A stretch of 64,000 nucleotides of DNA from Verrucomicrobiia bacterium (GTDB lineage: Bacteria; Verrucomicrobiota; Verrucomicrobiia; Palsa-1439), in contig JBEKZD010000026.1 in NCBI GenBank assembly GCA_049510215.1, positions 1,289 to 65,288 of the forward strand, in the 5' to 3' direction. A program made the translations under genes and the position numbers. Under the pieces are notes generated by a model. The model was not told where the DNA came from and ran no database searches. It was given only the letters and a program-made list of their open reading frames with translations. Of this stretch, positions 19,675-29,100 are shown in pieces (the stretch's first letter is position 1; every line of letters starts with the position of its first letter).

Positions 19675-19782
19675 TGGCGTGCCGAGCCGAAGCTCGAAGC
19701 TGGGTGTATGGCCCGCCTACGCCTGACCAACTCGGCTTCGGCGTGGCAGCCTCCGCTCTTCGCTTAGGCTTCGAGCGAGGGC
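19675..19782 (-). repeat. tRNA-3'-linked structured repeat
   Basis: Starts directly after CCA with a GCCCTCGCTC..GAGCGGAGGC hairpin and ends GAGCTTCGGCTCGGCACGCCA; homologous to 61095-61157. Confidence 0.7.
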
Positions 19783-19805
19783 TGGTGGAGATGAGGGGAT
19801 TTGAA
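19783..19805 (-). repeat. 23-bp duplicate of the tRNA-Ala 3' end
   Basis: TTCAAATCCCCTCATCTCCACCA, identical to 20118-20140. Confidence 0.93.
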
Positions 19806-19828
19806 TGCGCCTGAGGCGCACAAGCCCG

Positions 19829-20110
19829 TCATGTCCGGGCGCAGCCTTGCCCGCCTAAGGCGGGCCGTGACCGAGGATACAAGAAGTTGAGCCATTCCCT
19901 GCCTTTACCTGACTTCAAAAACTTCTCGCGAGCACGAGCAGTCGCGTAATCTGGGAAGCGCTCTGAGTGGATCAGTTGAAATTGGCCGAGAATCTGACCT
20001 GCCTTGGACTCGCTGCTCCGATGCTCTCTCAAGCGCCGTGGAAGATCATTTGTGATACCGACATAGCGTTTTCCGCTGACTGTTCCGTCGAGGACATACA
20101 CGAAGATCAT
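19829..20110 (-). CDS. Stand-alone GIY-YIG nuclease
   Basis: FVYVL...RYVGIT.DL.RRL.EH...ARAREKFLKSGKGREW. Confidence 0.9.
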   Translation of the reverse strand: MIFVYVLDGTVSGKRYVGITNDLPRRLREHRSSESKAGQILGQFQLIHSERFPDYATARAREKFLKSGKGREWLNFLYPRSRPALGGQGCART

Positions 20111-20117
20111 AAAAAAT

Positions 20118-20193
20118 TGGTGGAGATGAGGGGATTTGAACCCCTGACCTCCTCGTTGCGAACGAGGCGCTCTCCCAACTGAGCTACATCCCC
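20118..20193 (-). tRNA. tRNA-Ala (anticodon CGC)
   Basis: 76-nt cloverleaf GGGGATG...CATCTCC-A-CCA with a G3:U70 pair; anticodon arm CCTCG-TT-CGC-AA-CGAGG. Confidence 0.96.
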
Positions 20194-20226
20194 AAAAGCC
20201 GCGCTGCCCGGAAATGGAACGCTCAA

Positions 20227-20255
20227 ACTTTAATGGCTTGACGGTTTGGCGTCAA
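20227..20255 (-). promoter_or_regulatory. Putative sigma70 promoter of tRNA-Ala
   Basis: TTGACG-N17-TAAAGT on the minus strand. Confidence 0.6.
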
Positions 20256-20296
20256 CGTTTCACTTTCTTGTGCTATAGTACGAGGCTGATAATCCG

Positions 20297-21826
20297 ATGG
20301 ACTCTGTTTCAAACAATCAAGACGCATTGCCGTTGCACGAACTGCAGATCGCTCCACAGTGGGCGAGGTCCGCCGCCAAATCGTACGAGAATCACTCGGG
20401 CGAAGATGGAGACCGAAAGAGTGAGCGGCGTGGGCGCGACCGTGACCGCCAGCCGCGAAAGGAGTTTCCGCCGCAGCGGGCCGCTGGTCGTCCTCCTCGT
20501 CGCGACGATCGGCGTGGTCCTTCCGCCATGCAGCGTTCTCAATACAGACCCCAGCAACCCGACAGACCCCAGCAACCTGTGGTTGCGGCGATCGAAGTCA
20601 GCTTCCTTCCTGAGGAAAAAGGTCTTGCCGCGATGATCGAAACGATGAAGCAGTCGCGGCGGGCGTACGCGTTGTTCGACGTTGCGAAGCTGATTCTCAA
20701 CAAGCCCGAGCGACATCTGGTCAAACTCGCCCGCGAACCGGCGGCGGACGGCGCGCGCGGATCATTGTTTTTGGCGACGAGCAGTGGGAGTCCGTTCCTG
20801 AGTCAGGAGGAGGCGCTCCGCTTCATTTTCCGCCGGCAAGGCGACAAGGTCTTCAAAGAAACGAAGAAACCCATCGATCCACCAAAAGGCAATTTTGCCT
20901 TCGTCAATCGTTGCGGAATCACTGGCGAATGGCTTGGGCCGCCCAACTATCACGAGTACCAGTCGCGTTTGGTGCGACACCATCAGCAACGATTGCGGTA
21001 CCTACCGTTTGAAGAGTTCAAGGCGCGCATCCAAACGGTGAAAGATTCGGAAGCAGTCAAGGCGTGGATCGAGTCGAGGAGCTTCGTAACCGAATATGAG
21101 TGCCTGCTCGACACCGAGTCGAAGGTGTTCTCTTCGCGCAGTGAATTGGAGAAACACATCGTCGAAAATCATCTCGACCAACTGGTGACGACCGCGACCG
21201 AGCTGATCATCAGCGGGCCTGAGAGTCGCCAGGTGGAGCACAGCGGCATTCTGGAGGCGATTCGTCTGGCGTGGCAAGCGGAGCGCAGATTCCCGCTGAA
21301 GACGGCCAACCAACTCAGCGAGCAATTGCGAAAGGAAGGTTTCCATTTCTTCAAACACAACAAGGGCATCACTTGCATCAGCCACATCAAGCCCAAGCGG
21401 TTCGAAGCCACGGAAGGTTTGACCGAGCACATTCGGAAGCTCGTCACTTTTCTGCGGGCTAATCCCTATTGTACTCGCAAACAAGTGTTCGAGCATTTCG
21501 TGCCATCACCCGTGACGGAGGGCGCACCCGCAGCGGCTCAGCCGGGGACTGCTTCGACGGAAGAGGAGCACTTGCTGGCCGATCTGCACTGGTTGATCCA
21601 GGATGGCTACGTGGTGGAGTTTTCTGACGGGCGACTGTGGGCGCTGGATGACAAGCCAGCGCCGAAACCTCCCACGCCGGCTCCGGCCAGCCAAGAGACA
21701 ACCGCCCCTCCGGTTCCTGGTGATGCCGGTGGAGTGCCAGACGCAACTCAATCTCAGGCGCAGCCCGCGTCCGAGACGTCGCCGGTGCCAGCCTCTCCAT
21801 CCACGTCACAAGAAACCCAGGTTTAG
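20297..21826 (+). CDS. Conserved hypothetical protein with low-complexity termini
   Basis: 509-aa ORF with CGITGEWLGPPNYHEYQ and DLHWLIQDGYVVEFSDG motifs. Confidence 0.75.
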   Translation: MDSVSNNQDALPLHELQIAPQWARSAAKSYENHSGEDGDRKSERRGRDRDRQPRKEFPPQRAAGRPPRRDDRRGPSAMQRSQYRPQQPDRPQQPVVAAIEVSFLPEEKGLAAMIETMKQSRRAYALFDVAKLILNKPERHLVKLAREPAADGARGSLFLATSSGSPFLSQEEALRFIFRRQGDKVFKETKKPIDPPKGNFAFVNRCGITGEWLGPPNYHEYQSRLVRHHQQRLRYLPFEEFKARIQTVKDSEAVKAWIESRSFVTEYECLLDTESKVFSSRSELEKHIVENHLDQLVTTATELIISGPESRQVEHSGILEAIRLAWQAERRFPLKTANQLSEQLRKEGFHFFKHNKGITCISHIKPKRFEATEGLTEHIRKLVTFLRANPYCTRKQVFEHFVPSPVTEGAPAAAQPGTASTEEEHLLADLHWLIQDGYVVEFSDGRLWALDDKPAPKPPTPAPASQETTAPPVPGDAGGVPDATQSQAQPASETSPVPASPSTSQETQV

Positions 21827-21904
21827 CGGCGCTCGCCGATTCAATTCGGTTCGTTGCGGCTGGGCGCCTCAACCCTGGCATATCGGCTGCTAATGTAAAG
21901 CACC

Positions 21905-22087
21905 ATGAAACCAAACGGTTCGAAATCGCGCGGCCGCAACGCTCCCACCTTGGCTGAACTGGTCGCCACAGTCTCCAAGCTGACTCCCAATGAACGGCTG
22001 AGCGCCTTGATTGTGGCCGATATGATCAACAGGCGCCAGGTCCGCCTCGGCGGCAGTTTTCGCGGTCGCCGGGTGATCGTCGCGTAA
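21905..22087 (+). CDS. Small hypothetical protein
   Basis: 60-aa ORF (TLAELV..V...ERLSALIVADMIN) fills the gap in the same orientation as its neighbours. Confidence 0.5.
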   Translation: MKPNGSKSRGRNAPTLAELVATVSKLTPNERLSALIVADMINRRQVRLGGSFRGRRVIVA

Positions 22088-22255
22088 TCGGCGAGCTGCA
22101 AAAAAGACCTTACTTTCGCGCTCATTTTTGTCATATTTGACAAAAATGGGCGCACGTTTTTGTTCCCGCAAAAGACATTTCATCGGCGTACTGCGCGTCC
22201 AACCTCTGCCCGTCTTGCCGCGCTGGCACACGTGATCGCTGGCTGACCAACTGTT

Positions 22256-22633
22256 ATGGTCAAGAAGCAAAAGATTCCGATCAATACCGTTAGCACCGGC
22301 TGGAATACCCCATTCGGGAAACTCTCGGCTGAAGAACTGCCTCCAGATCAGAAAACACCGGCCAAGACCCAGCACGTTGCGCCAACGCGACTCGGCCGCG
22401 TGGTGCTGCGACGGGAAACGGCGCACCGCGGAGGCAAGACCGTGATTGTGGTTCACGACTTTCCGCCACAGATCAGCGACGCTCAAATCGAAGCGTTGGC
22501 AACCAAGCTCAAGAAAGCTTGTGGCTGTGGCGGCACGGTCAAGGGACGAACCATTGAGATTCAAGGCGACCAACCCGCCAAGGTTCGCACGCTTTTGGAA
22601 GCGGAAAGATTTCGAGTCGCAGGCGTCAGTTGA
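22256..22633 (+). CDS. yciH: SUI1/YciH family translation factor
   Basis: RGGKTV, LKKACGCGGTVK, IEIQGD. Confidence 0.88.
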   Translation: MVKKQKIPINTVSTGWNTPFGKLSAEELPPDQKTPAKTQHVAPTRLGRVVLRRETAHRGGKTVIVVHDFPPQISDAQIEALATKLKKACGCGGTVKGRTIEIQGDQPAKVRTLLEAERFRVAGVS

Positions 22634-22878
22634 GAATGCGCGCGCCGGTGGGCGATGCCGACTACGGCGGCGCGCCGTTATTCCTCTCGCAGGTCAAACG
22701 CGACTACAAAACGAAATCTGGACAGGAAGAAAGACCTTTGCCCGCGCGCCCGGCGCTCCACGCCGAGCGCCTTACCATTGCGCAACCGACCGCCGGTCTG
22801 ACTGTCGCGATTAGCGCACCGTGGCCGAAGGATCTTGCGGTTGCGGTGAAGAGCGTGCGCAGATTCGCTGCGCGCTAG
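22630..22878 (+). pseudogene. C-terminal fragment of an RluA-family pseudouridine synthase
   Basis: PVGD..YGG, ALHAERL, APWPKDL; the catalytic HRLD region is absent. Confidence 0.65.
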
Positions 22879-22921
22879 TGCCCTTGTTTAGGGGAGTGGG
22901 TGCGCGGCTTCGAGCGCGACG

Positions 22922-25900
22922 TCACCGTGCGGTTGCACCCTCGTCGGGCGCAAGCGTTGCCAGTCTCTGACATGTCACGTACAGCAGCAGGCTCGGTTGC
23001 CTGATTTGCGCGGCGAGCGTGCACAGGCGCGTCGCATCCTTCGGTCGGCCCACTTGCGCGCAAGCCTCCGCCGCGTGGGCGATGATGCCAGAAAAGAGCT
23101 GTGGCTCCAGCGTCGACTCCAGATCTGCCAACGACGCGTTTTCCAGAGCCTTCTGCCCCCACTGCAGACAGGCCTGGTCGTCGCCGCGGTCCCACGCCAA
23201 CTCGGCCAGGAGCAATTGGTCGGCACGCCGATTGGGCGGGTCGGTTTCCAGCAGGCGCTGCAGCACGGCCTCCAGTTCGCTGGTCGGAGGCAGATAGAAT
23301 ACGGATCGCTGGGCGAGGTAGGTGCGCAACAGTTGGACACAGTACGAGCGGAGCGGACGGGGATCGTGTTCGGCTTTTTTCCAGAGCGCGTCCCGAATGC
23401 GAGCAAGCCCCTGAATCGGCGGCTCAAAAGCCAGTCCGTTCTCGGACAGGACGGCCATCAACTGGAGTGGCTGTGGATCATCGGGCCGGTCGTGCTGCCA
23501 ACGGCACAGCAGCGAGCGAAACAGGGTCGGTTCAGGTAAACCGAAAGAGGAATACCGTGTGCGAAACGCTTCGAAGTCAACCGCTGCGAGCAAGTGATTC
23601 TGGAGGTAACGGGCCAACAGAGTCGTGCAGCGTGGTGAGAGCCGCTCGTCGACTGTCTTCCACCGTTGCGCGAAGCTTCGGACGAAAAACGCGCGCTCAG
23701 CGGCATACTCGAGCACAGGGTCGACATCGGTGTGCAGTGGTGCGCTTGGCGTCGGCACGAAGCGGGTGTTTTCCTGCGAGATTGCCTCCAGAGCGAGCAG
23801 GACGGCCGGCGTGGTCAGCCCGATCGGTCTCAGGCTCTGCTGTACAGTCGCCTTGCCCAGTCTGGCTTCGAGGGCGTTCAAATCTACCATCCATGGCTTG
23901 GCCGCGCCGACGAGGATGATATCGCCCCGCGCTGGCTCCCAAACGGTCGCATACGGGAAGACCGAGACGAAGGTGGCCAGGACCGTGTCAAGCATCTGGT
24001 CGTTGGCCTCATAATAATGGATCCACTGCACCATCAGCCCGTCGGGTTCCAGACGGTCGCGGCAGTTCCCGTAGAACTCAGCGGTGAAAACGCCCGCAAC
24101 GCCCGCCAACCACGGGTTGGACGGCTCATTGACGATCACGTCGTAACGATGGGGAGTGATTTGCAGGTAGGTCTTTGCATCTTCGAGGTGCACGTGCAAA
24201 CGGGGATCGTCCAGCACACGACCGTTGCGGTCTTGAAACAAACGTGCCGCGCGCGTCACCTCGGGTGAGATTTCCACGACATCAATTTGCCGGATGCTGG
24301 AATGGGCGGCCACGGCCCCGCAGGTCATGCCACTTCCCAGACCGATCACCAGCGCGCGTTCGGACTGAGGCCGCAGCAGCATGGGGAGATGACCAACGAG
24401 TAGTTGGGTGCCAACATCTCGGGTCGTCGTGGCATCGATCTTGCCGTTGATCCTCAGCTTGAGCTGTCGGACGCCCACTTCGTCGGTAAAGCTGTTGACG
24501 GTCACCGTAGCGTCCGCGCCGTCGCTGTGAAACTCCAACCGGTTGTAGTCCGCCAGCATCCGATACTCGGCGAGACTGGTAGGCTGTTGTGGTTCCCGCC
24601 ACAGTCCCAACGTCAACGCGCGCGGCCATCGCTCGAACCAAATGCCCGCAGCCCACACCAGGCCCGCCCCTAGCGCCACCGCGAGCACGGCAAACGCAGA
24701 GCGCGGCAACCGCCGTTTGCGCTGGAGCACGACGCAGCCCACCAGCGCGTTCGCCGCAACCCCCACCGCGAACGTACGTGCCAGTCCCAACCGTGGCATG
24801 AGCCACAGACCAGTGACGGCCGCACCGAGCACCGTGCCAAGCGTGTTGACGGCAAACACGCGCCCAACGGCTCGCCCCGTCTCCGCCAATTCCGCCGTGG
24901 CGATGCGGCTGACCAGAGGCAACGTCATGCCCAGGCAAAGCGTCGGCACGAACATTACCCCAAAGCAGATCAATGCCTGAAACAACTCGTAGAGCGGATA
25001 CGCCTCCTCCCGGCGCGCCAGGAGTCCCGCCAACGTCATGAACGCGTACGGTAAGTACTCATACAGAAACATCGACGCCAGCAGTGTTACCGCCAACGCC
25101 AGTTCCGCCCATGCGAACGCATCGAGCGTCCGCCGCAAGCCCTTCCACTGCGAAATCAACCACGCGCCTGCGGCCAGCCCTGCGATGAACGTCATCAGCA
25201 TAAGCGAGAACGCATGCGTGCTCGAACCCAGCGCCAGCGCCAGCAGCCGCGTCCACGCCACCTCGTACAGCATTGCCACAAACCCCGAGACGCCGATGCC
25301 GACGGTCGCCAACCGCAAATCACTGGGCGAAATCGGTTCCTCGACCACTTCCGTCGCAGGCGCGTCGGCCTGCTGCGTCGTTGGGGCCTGGCGCAACCGC
25401 GCGCTCAGCACCAGCGCGGCAAGCCCCGCGATGAGGTTGATCCCCGCTGCTTCCCGCAACGTGATCGGCAGACCCAGCGTCGGGATCCACCAGAAATCCG
25501 CCACCACACAGCCAACGGCTGCACCCGCGCTATTGGTCGCGTACAGCATTGCCACCCGCCGGCGCAGTTCCGACAACGTGCTCGTCACGAACTTCGCGAG
25601 TGCTGGCAGCGTGCCTCCCATCAACACCGTCGGCAAGAGTACTGTCAGCAGGCTGAAGGCAAACTTGAGTGCGAGCATCGCGCCGCCCTCGGGCTGCCAA
25701 CTACGGGCCACGCTGACGAACGCACGATGGCACAGCGCATAGTGCCACGGGAAGATGAGCGCGTAGACCGCAATGCCGATCTCCAGCCACGCGTACAACG
25801 CCAGCGGCTTGCGGACCCGATCGGCCAAGCGTCCCAACCAGGCGTTGCCGAGCGCCAGCCCGCCCATGAACGCCACCAACACGGCGACCACAGCATAGCT

Positions 25901-26023
25901 CGTGTGTCCCAGAAACAAAGCCAGATACCGTACCCAGACGATCTCGTAGACGAGTCCTGCCAGACCGGATGCAAAGAGACAGGCCAACACCAAGGCGCTG
26001 GCCCACCGGGTAAGTCGCGTCAT
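22922..26023 (-). CDS. Fused MFS/spermidine-synthase-like membrane protein (start may be 26095)
   Basis: Duplicated SG..GL.YE..W.R membrane repeats; VIGLGSG, VEISPEV, EDA, EPSNPW. Confidence 0.88.
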   Translation of the reverse strand: MTRLTRWASALVLACLFASGLAGLVYEIVWVRYLALFLGHTSYAVVAVLVAFMGGLALGNAWLGRLADRVRKPLALYAWLEIGIAVYALIFPWHYALCHRAFVSVARSWQPEGGAMLALKFAFSLLTVLLPTVLMGGTLPALAKFVTSTLSELRRRVAMLYATNSAGAAVGCVVADFWWIPTLGLPITLREAAGINLIAGLAALVLSARLRQAPTTQQADAPATEVVEEPISPSDLRLATVGIGVSGFVAMLYEVAWTRLLALALGSSTHAFSLMLMTFIAGLAAGAWLISQWKGLRRTLDAFAWAELALAVTLLASMFLYEYLPYAFMTLAGLLARREEAYPLYELFQALICFGVMFVPTLCLGMTLPLVSRIATAELAETGRAVGRVFAVNTLGTVLGAAVTGLWLMPRLGLARTFAVGVAANALVGCVVLQRKRRLPRSAFAVLAVALGAGLVWAAGIWFERWPRALTLGLWREPQQPTSLAEYRMLADYNRLEFHSDGADATVTVNSFTDEVGVRQLKLRINGKIDATTTRDVGTQLLVGHLPMLLRPQSERALVIGLGSGMTCGAVAAHSSIRQIDVVEISPEVTRAARLFQDRNGRVLDDPRLHVHLEDAKTYLQITPHRYDVIVNEPSNPWLAGVAGVFTAEFYGNCRDRLEPDGLMVQWIHYYEANDQMLDTVLATFVSVFPYATVWEPARGDIILVGAAKPWMVDLNALEARLGKATVQQSLRPIGLTTPAVLLALEAISQENTRFVPTPSAPLHTDVDPVLEYAAERAFFVRSFAQRWKTVDERLSPRCTTLLARYLQNHLLAAVDFEAFRTRYSSFGLPEPTLFRSLLCRWQHDRPDDPQPLQLMAVLSENGLAFEPPIQGLARIRDALWKKAEHDPRPLRSYCVQLLRTYLAQRSVFYLPPTSELEAVLQRLLETDPPNRRADQLLLAELAWDRGDDQACLQWGQKALENASLADLESTLEPQLFSGIIAHAAEACAQVGRPKDATRLCTLAAQIRQPSLLLYVTCQRLATLAPDEGATAR

Positions 26024-26158
26024 GCGCGCGGATGATAGCGATAGCTCCTCCGCCTCGCAAGGTCTTTGGTTCTGCGATGTTTCCCGCAGTTCCATGACAG
26101 CATCGAGTGAAAGGCTAGTCCTCCGACACGCTTCGTCACGCTCCGTGCGTGATTCATT

Positions 26159-26183
26159 TGGAGGGCCACGCTCCGTCGTGGCC
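26159..26183. repeat. Single REP unit upstream of the likely start
   Basis: TGGAGGGCCACGCTCCGTCGTGGCC, 24/25 identical to the ybeY insert arm. Confidence 0.8.
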
Positions 26184-26245
26184 GCCAAAATCGTCACAGA
26201 CGCTGTGTCGCGGCACTAGGTGCCTCGTCAAAGTTCATCGCAAGG

Positions 26246-26336
26246 GTTGTAGCCGCCGGTCCCGCCATGGCGGGATCGCCGCGTCAGCCGGATTACGCGG
26301 TATGCCCTCACGCCGACAGAGCGGCGTGGCTACAAC
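26246..26336. repeat. GTAG-type REP doublet with a nested 16-bp palindrome
   Basis: GTTGTAGCC...GGCTACAAC ends; TCCCGCCATGGCGGGA at 26260-26275. Confidence 0.7.
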
Positions 26337-26420
26337 GCACCACTGCAATCGAGATTGACGGAACACCAAGTGCCTCGTCGCCGCGTTGATTCCCTGCGAC
26401 TTTGCGCCTCTGTGTGAGGC

Positions 26421-27974
26421 TTACAACGTCGGTTTTTCGCCTTCGGCGCGACGGCGTTGTTCATCGAGGTAGCGGTGCAACGCGTTGAGGTACGCAAGCG
26501 CGCTGGCTTCGATGATGTCGGTGCTGCCGGCTTTGCCGGTGACGATTCTGACCGCGTCGCCGTTGAATTTGACCCGAACGCTGACTTCGCCGATGGCATC
26601 CTTGCCGCGCGTGACGCTTTTGACGGAGTAGTCCACAAGACTGCCCTTGAGGCCCGTGATGCGGTCGATCGTCTTGAGCATCGCGTCGATCGGGCCATCC
26701 CCGGTGCCGGCGTTGGTGATCGGCTCCTTTTTGCCGGCGTGAGTAAGCGTCACCGTGGCAGTCGGAGTCTTGCCGGTGATGACAGTGAGATGATCGAGTT
26801 TCCAGACCTGCGGCACTTCGATGAACTGGCCTTCGACGAGGGCGCGCACGTCATCGTCGTAAACCGCCTTCTTCTTATCCGCGAGCGCCTTGATCTGGTC
26901 GGTGACGCGGCGGATCTCATCCTCGGAGAGTTTGTAGCCCATCTCTTCTAGTTTCTTGCCGACCGCGTGGTGGCCCATGTGTTTGCCCCAGGTAAGCTCG
27001 CTAGAGCGGCCCACGTCCTCGGCGTGCATGATCTCGTAGGTGGAACGGTGTTGCATCATGCCGTGCTGGTGAATGCCCGCCTCGTGGGCGAACGCGTTGT
27101 CGCCGACGATCGCCTTGTTGCGCTGCACCACCATGCCCGTGAGGTGCGACACGAGACGGCTGGCCGGATAAATCTGCTGCGTGTCAATGTTGGTGTAATA
27201 ACCGCCGAAGGCGTCCTTGCGCGTCTTGAGCGCCATGACGATCTCTTCGAGTGAGGTGTTGCCGGCGCGTTCGCCGATGCCGTTGACCGTGCATTCGACC
27301 TGGCGCGCGCCGTTCTGCACGGCGGCCAATGAATTGGCCACGGCAAGTCCGAGATCGTTGTGGCAATGGACGCTGATGACGGCGCCCTTGATGTTCGGTA
27401 CGTGGTCGAAAAGGTATTTGATGAGCGCGCCGAATTGATGCGGCGCAGCGTAGCCGACCGTGTCGGGGATGTTGACCGTCTTCGCGCCCGCTTCGATGGC
27501 GGCATGCGTGACTTCTGCGAGGAACTCGGGTTCGGTGCGGGAAGCGTCCTCGGGCGAGAACTCCACATCCTTGCAGTAGCCGAGCGCGCGTTTCACGCCT
27601 TCGACGCTGCGCTTGAGGATTTCGTCCTGTGCCATCTTGAGTTTGAATTCGCGATGGATGGCGCTGGTGGCGAGGAACACGTGGATCCGCGCCCGGTCAC
27701 CCGCCGGTTTTACCGCTTCGGCGGCGCGGTCGATGTCCTTGTCAACGCAGCGCGCCAGGCCCGCAATGCGTGGCCCTTGGATTTCGCTGGCAATGGATTT
27801 GACCGCCTCGAAATCGCCGTCGCTGGCGATGGGAAAACCCGCCTCGATGATGTCCACCCGAAGCCGCGCCAATTGCCGGGCCACTTCGAGTTTCTCGCGG
27901 ATGTTCATGGACGCGCCGGGGCATTGCTCGCCGTCGCGTAACGTCGTGTCGAAGATCAAGATTTGTTCGCTCAT
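26421..27974 (-). CDS. leuA: 2-isopropylmalate synthase
   Basis: [36 protein letters not shown], regulatory domain GDGPIDA. Confidence 0.96.
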   Translation of the reverse strand: MSEQILIFDTTLRDGEQCPGASMNIREKLEVARQLARLRVDIIEAGFPIASDGDFEAVKSIASEIQGPRIAGLARCVDKDIDRAAEAVKPAGDRARIHVFLATSAIHREFKLKMAQDEILKRSVEGVKRALGYCKDVEFSPEDASRTEPEFLAEVTHAAIEAGAKTVNIPDTVGYAAPHQFGALIKYLFDHVPNIKGAVISVHCHNDLGLAVANSLAAVQNGARQVECTVNGIGERAGNTSLEEIVMALKTRKDAFGGYYTNIDTQQIYPASRLVSHLTGMVVQRNKAIVGDNAFAHEAGIHQHGMMQHRSTYEIMHAEDVGRSSELTWGKHMGHHAVGKKLEEMGYKLSEDEIRRVTDQIKALADKKKAVYDDDVRALVEGQFIEVPQVWKLDHLTVITGKTPTATVTLTHAGKKEPITNAGTGDGPIDAMLKTIDRITGLKGSLVDYSVKSVTRGKDAIGEVSVRVKFNGDAVRIVTGKAGSTDIIEASALAYLNALHRYLDEQRRRAEGEKPTL

Positions 27975-28015
27975 GTTGTCCTTTGGATTCTACCACCGAC
28001 ATACGTCAGGGAAAT

Positions 28016-28052
28016 AAAAAACCCACCCCGACGTTCGCGTCGGGGTGGGTTT
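28016..28052 (-). terminator. Attenuator terminator upstream of leuA
   Basis: Stem AAACCCACCCCGACG/CGTCGGGGTGGGTTT with a 4-nt loop and a U-tract on the minus strand. Confidence 0.85.
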
Positions 28053-28073
28053 GAAGTTTCTTTTTAGCAGACG

Positions 28074-28142
28074 TCAACCCGCCGTCTCCGACGCGAGTCG
28101 GAGCGCCAGCAAAGCCAGCAGCAGGTTAAGGTTGCGATTCAT
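28074..28142 (-). CDS. Leucine-rich leader peptide MNRNLNLLLALLALRLASETAG
   Basis: 8 Leu in 22 aa, lying between TTGACG-N17-TATTTA (28180-28152) and the terminator before leuA. Confidence 0.8.
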   Translation of the reverse strand: MNRNLNLLLALLALRLASETAG

Positions 28143-28203
28143 TGTCCTGTATAAATAGCAGGTATCGGGCCGTTCGTCAACACCGGATTGATAATGCCCC
28201 GGC

Positions 28204-29013
28204 TCACCGCACTGCCATGGCTTTGAAGAAGGTGTAGCAGAAAGTGCCGTCAGGACGGTCGGCGACCTGATTGAGGTCGCGGATGCCGGTTCGCCAGGTC
28301 TTCTCATCCACAAAACCGAGTTCCAAAGCCTGTGCCTTCACGCCCTCGACCATCGCGATGATGGTTTTGCGCACGAAACCGTCCACCAGCGCGGGATTGC
28401 TGCGGTCGCAGTACACCATGCGCGGTGACACCCGGATGTCATGGAACCCCGCCCGTTCGAGCAGCGGAAACAGCCGTCGGCCGATGAGTGAGTCGGCGCC
28501 CAGTCGCGCCTGTGCGCGAATCAGACAGTTCCAAACCGCCAGCGACGCTGCAGTTTCAGGATGAAAGTAACATGAGCCGTGGTCGCCCTCGATCACCGTA
28601 ATCGAGCCGCAGGGTTTGAGCACGGTGCCGAGCGCCCGTAGTGCGGCGACCGGATCCGGCAGGTGTTCGAGCAGGTGACAAACGAACACGTGATCAAACG
28701 TCGCGGGACCAAACGGCAGGGCAAGGACGCTGGCCCGTTGGAAGGTCACGTTGGTCAGCCCATGCTGAGTCGCCATCGCCTTGGCTTTGGCCAATGATTC
28801 CGCGGAGATGTCCACGGCAAGGAATCGGGCGTCGGGGCTGCGCGCCGCAAGTGTGACCGTCTTCGCACCGACGCCGCAACCGGCTTCCAACACGAGGTTG
28901 CCGGATGGGTATGTGGTGTCGCCGAGCAATAGCTCCCGAAGTGTGCCTGCTTGATCGTAAAGGCGTTCCGCCTCGCGCTCCGAGTATCCATGAACGTAAC
29001 GATGTGCCGTCAT
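28204..29013 (-). CDS. Class I SAM-dependent methyltransferase
   Basis: YVHGYS.RE..RL.DQA, VLEAGCGVG, FDHVF, FCYTFFKA. Confidence 0.88.
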   Translation of the reverse strand: MTAHRYVHGYSEREAERLYDQAGTLRELLLGDTTYPSGNLVLEAGCGVGAKTVTLAARSPDARFLAVDISAESLAKAKAMATQHGLTNVTFQRASVLALPFGPATFDHVFVCHLLEHLPDPVAALRALGTVLKPCGSITVIEGDHGSCYFHPETAASLAVWNCLIRAQARLGADSLIGRRLFPLLERAGFHDIRVSPRMVYCDRSNPALVDGFVRKTIIAMVEGVKAQALELGFVDEKTWRTGIRDLNQVADRPDGTFCYTFFKAMAVR

Positions 29014-29100
29014 GGCAATGGGTTCGATGGCGAAGCACAACGCGGGTCGTGTGGCGCCCCGCGTGCGTGCGACAATGTTATTCCGTCGGCTTATTGGGCA

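Noticed and set aside
20544-20578. 18-bp tandem duplication (RPQQP twice) in the hypothetical gene
   Set aside because: Ordinary slippage in a low-complexity region.
26096-26197. Possible REP insert in the N-terminus of the MFS/spermidine-synthase-like protein
   Set aside because: The likely start is 26023 or 26095, so the REP at 26159 is treated as non-coding.
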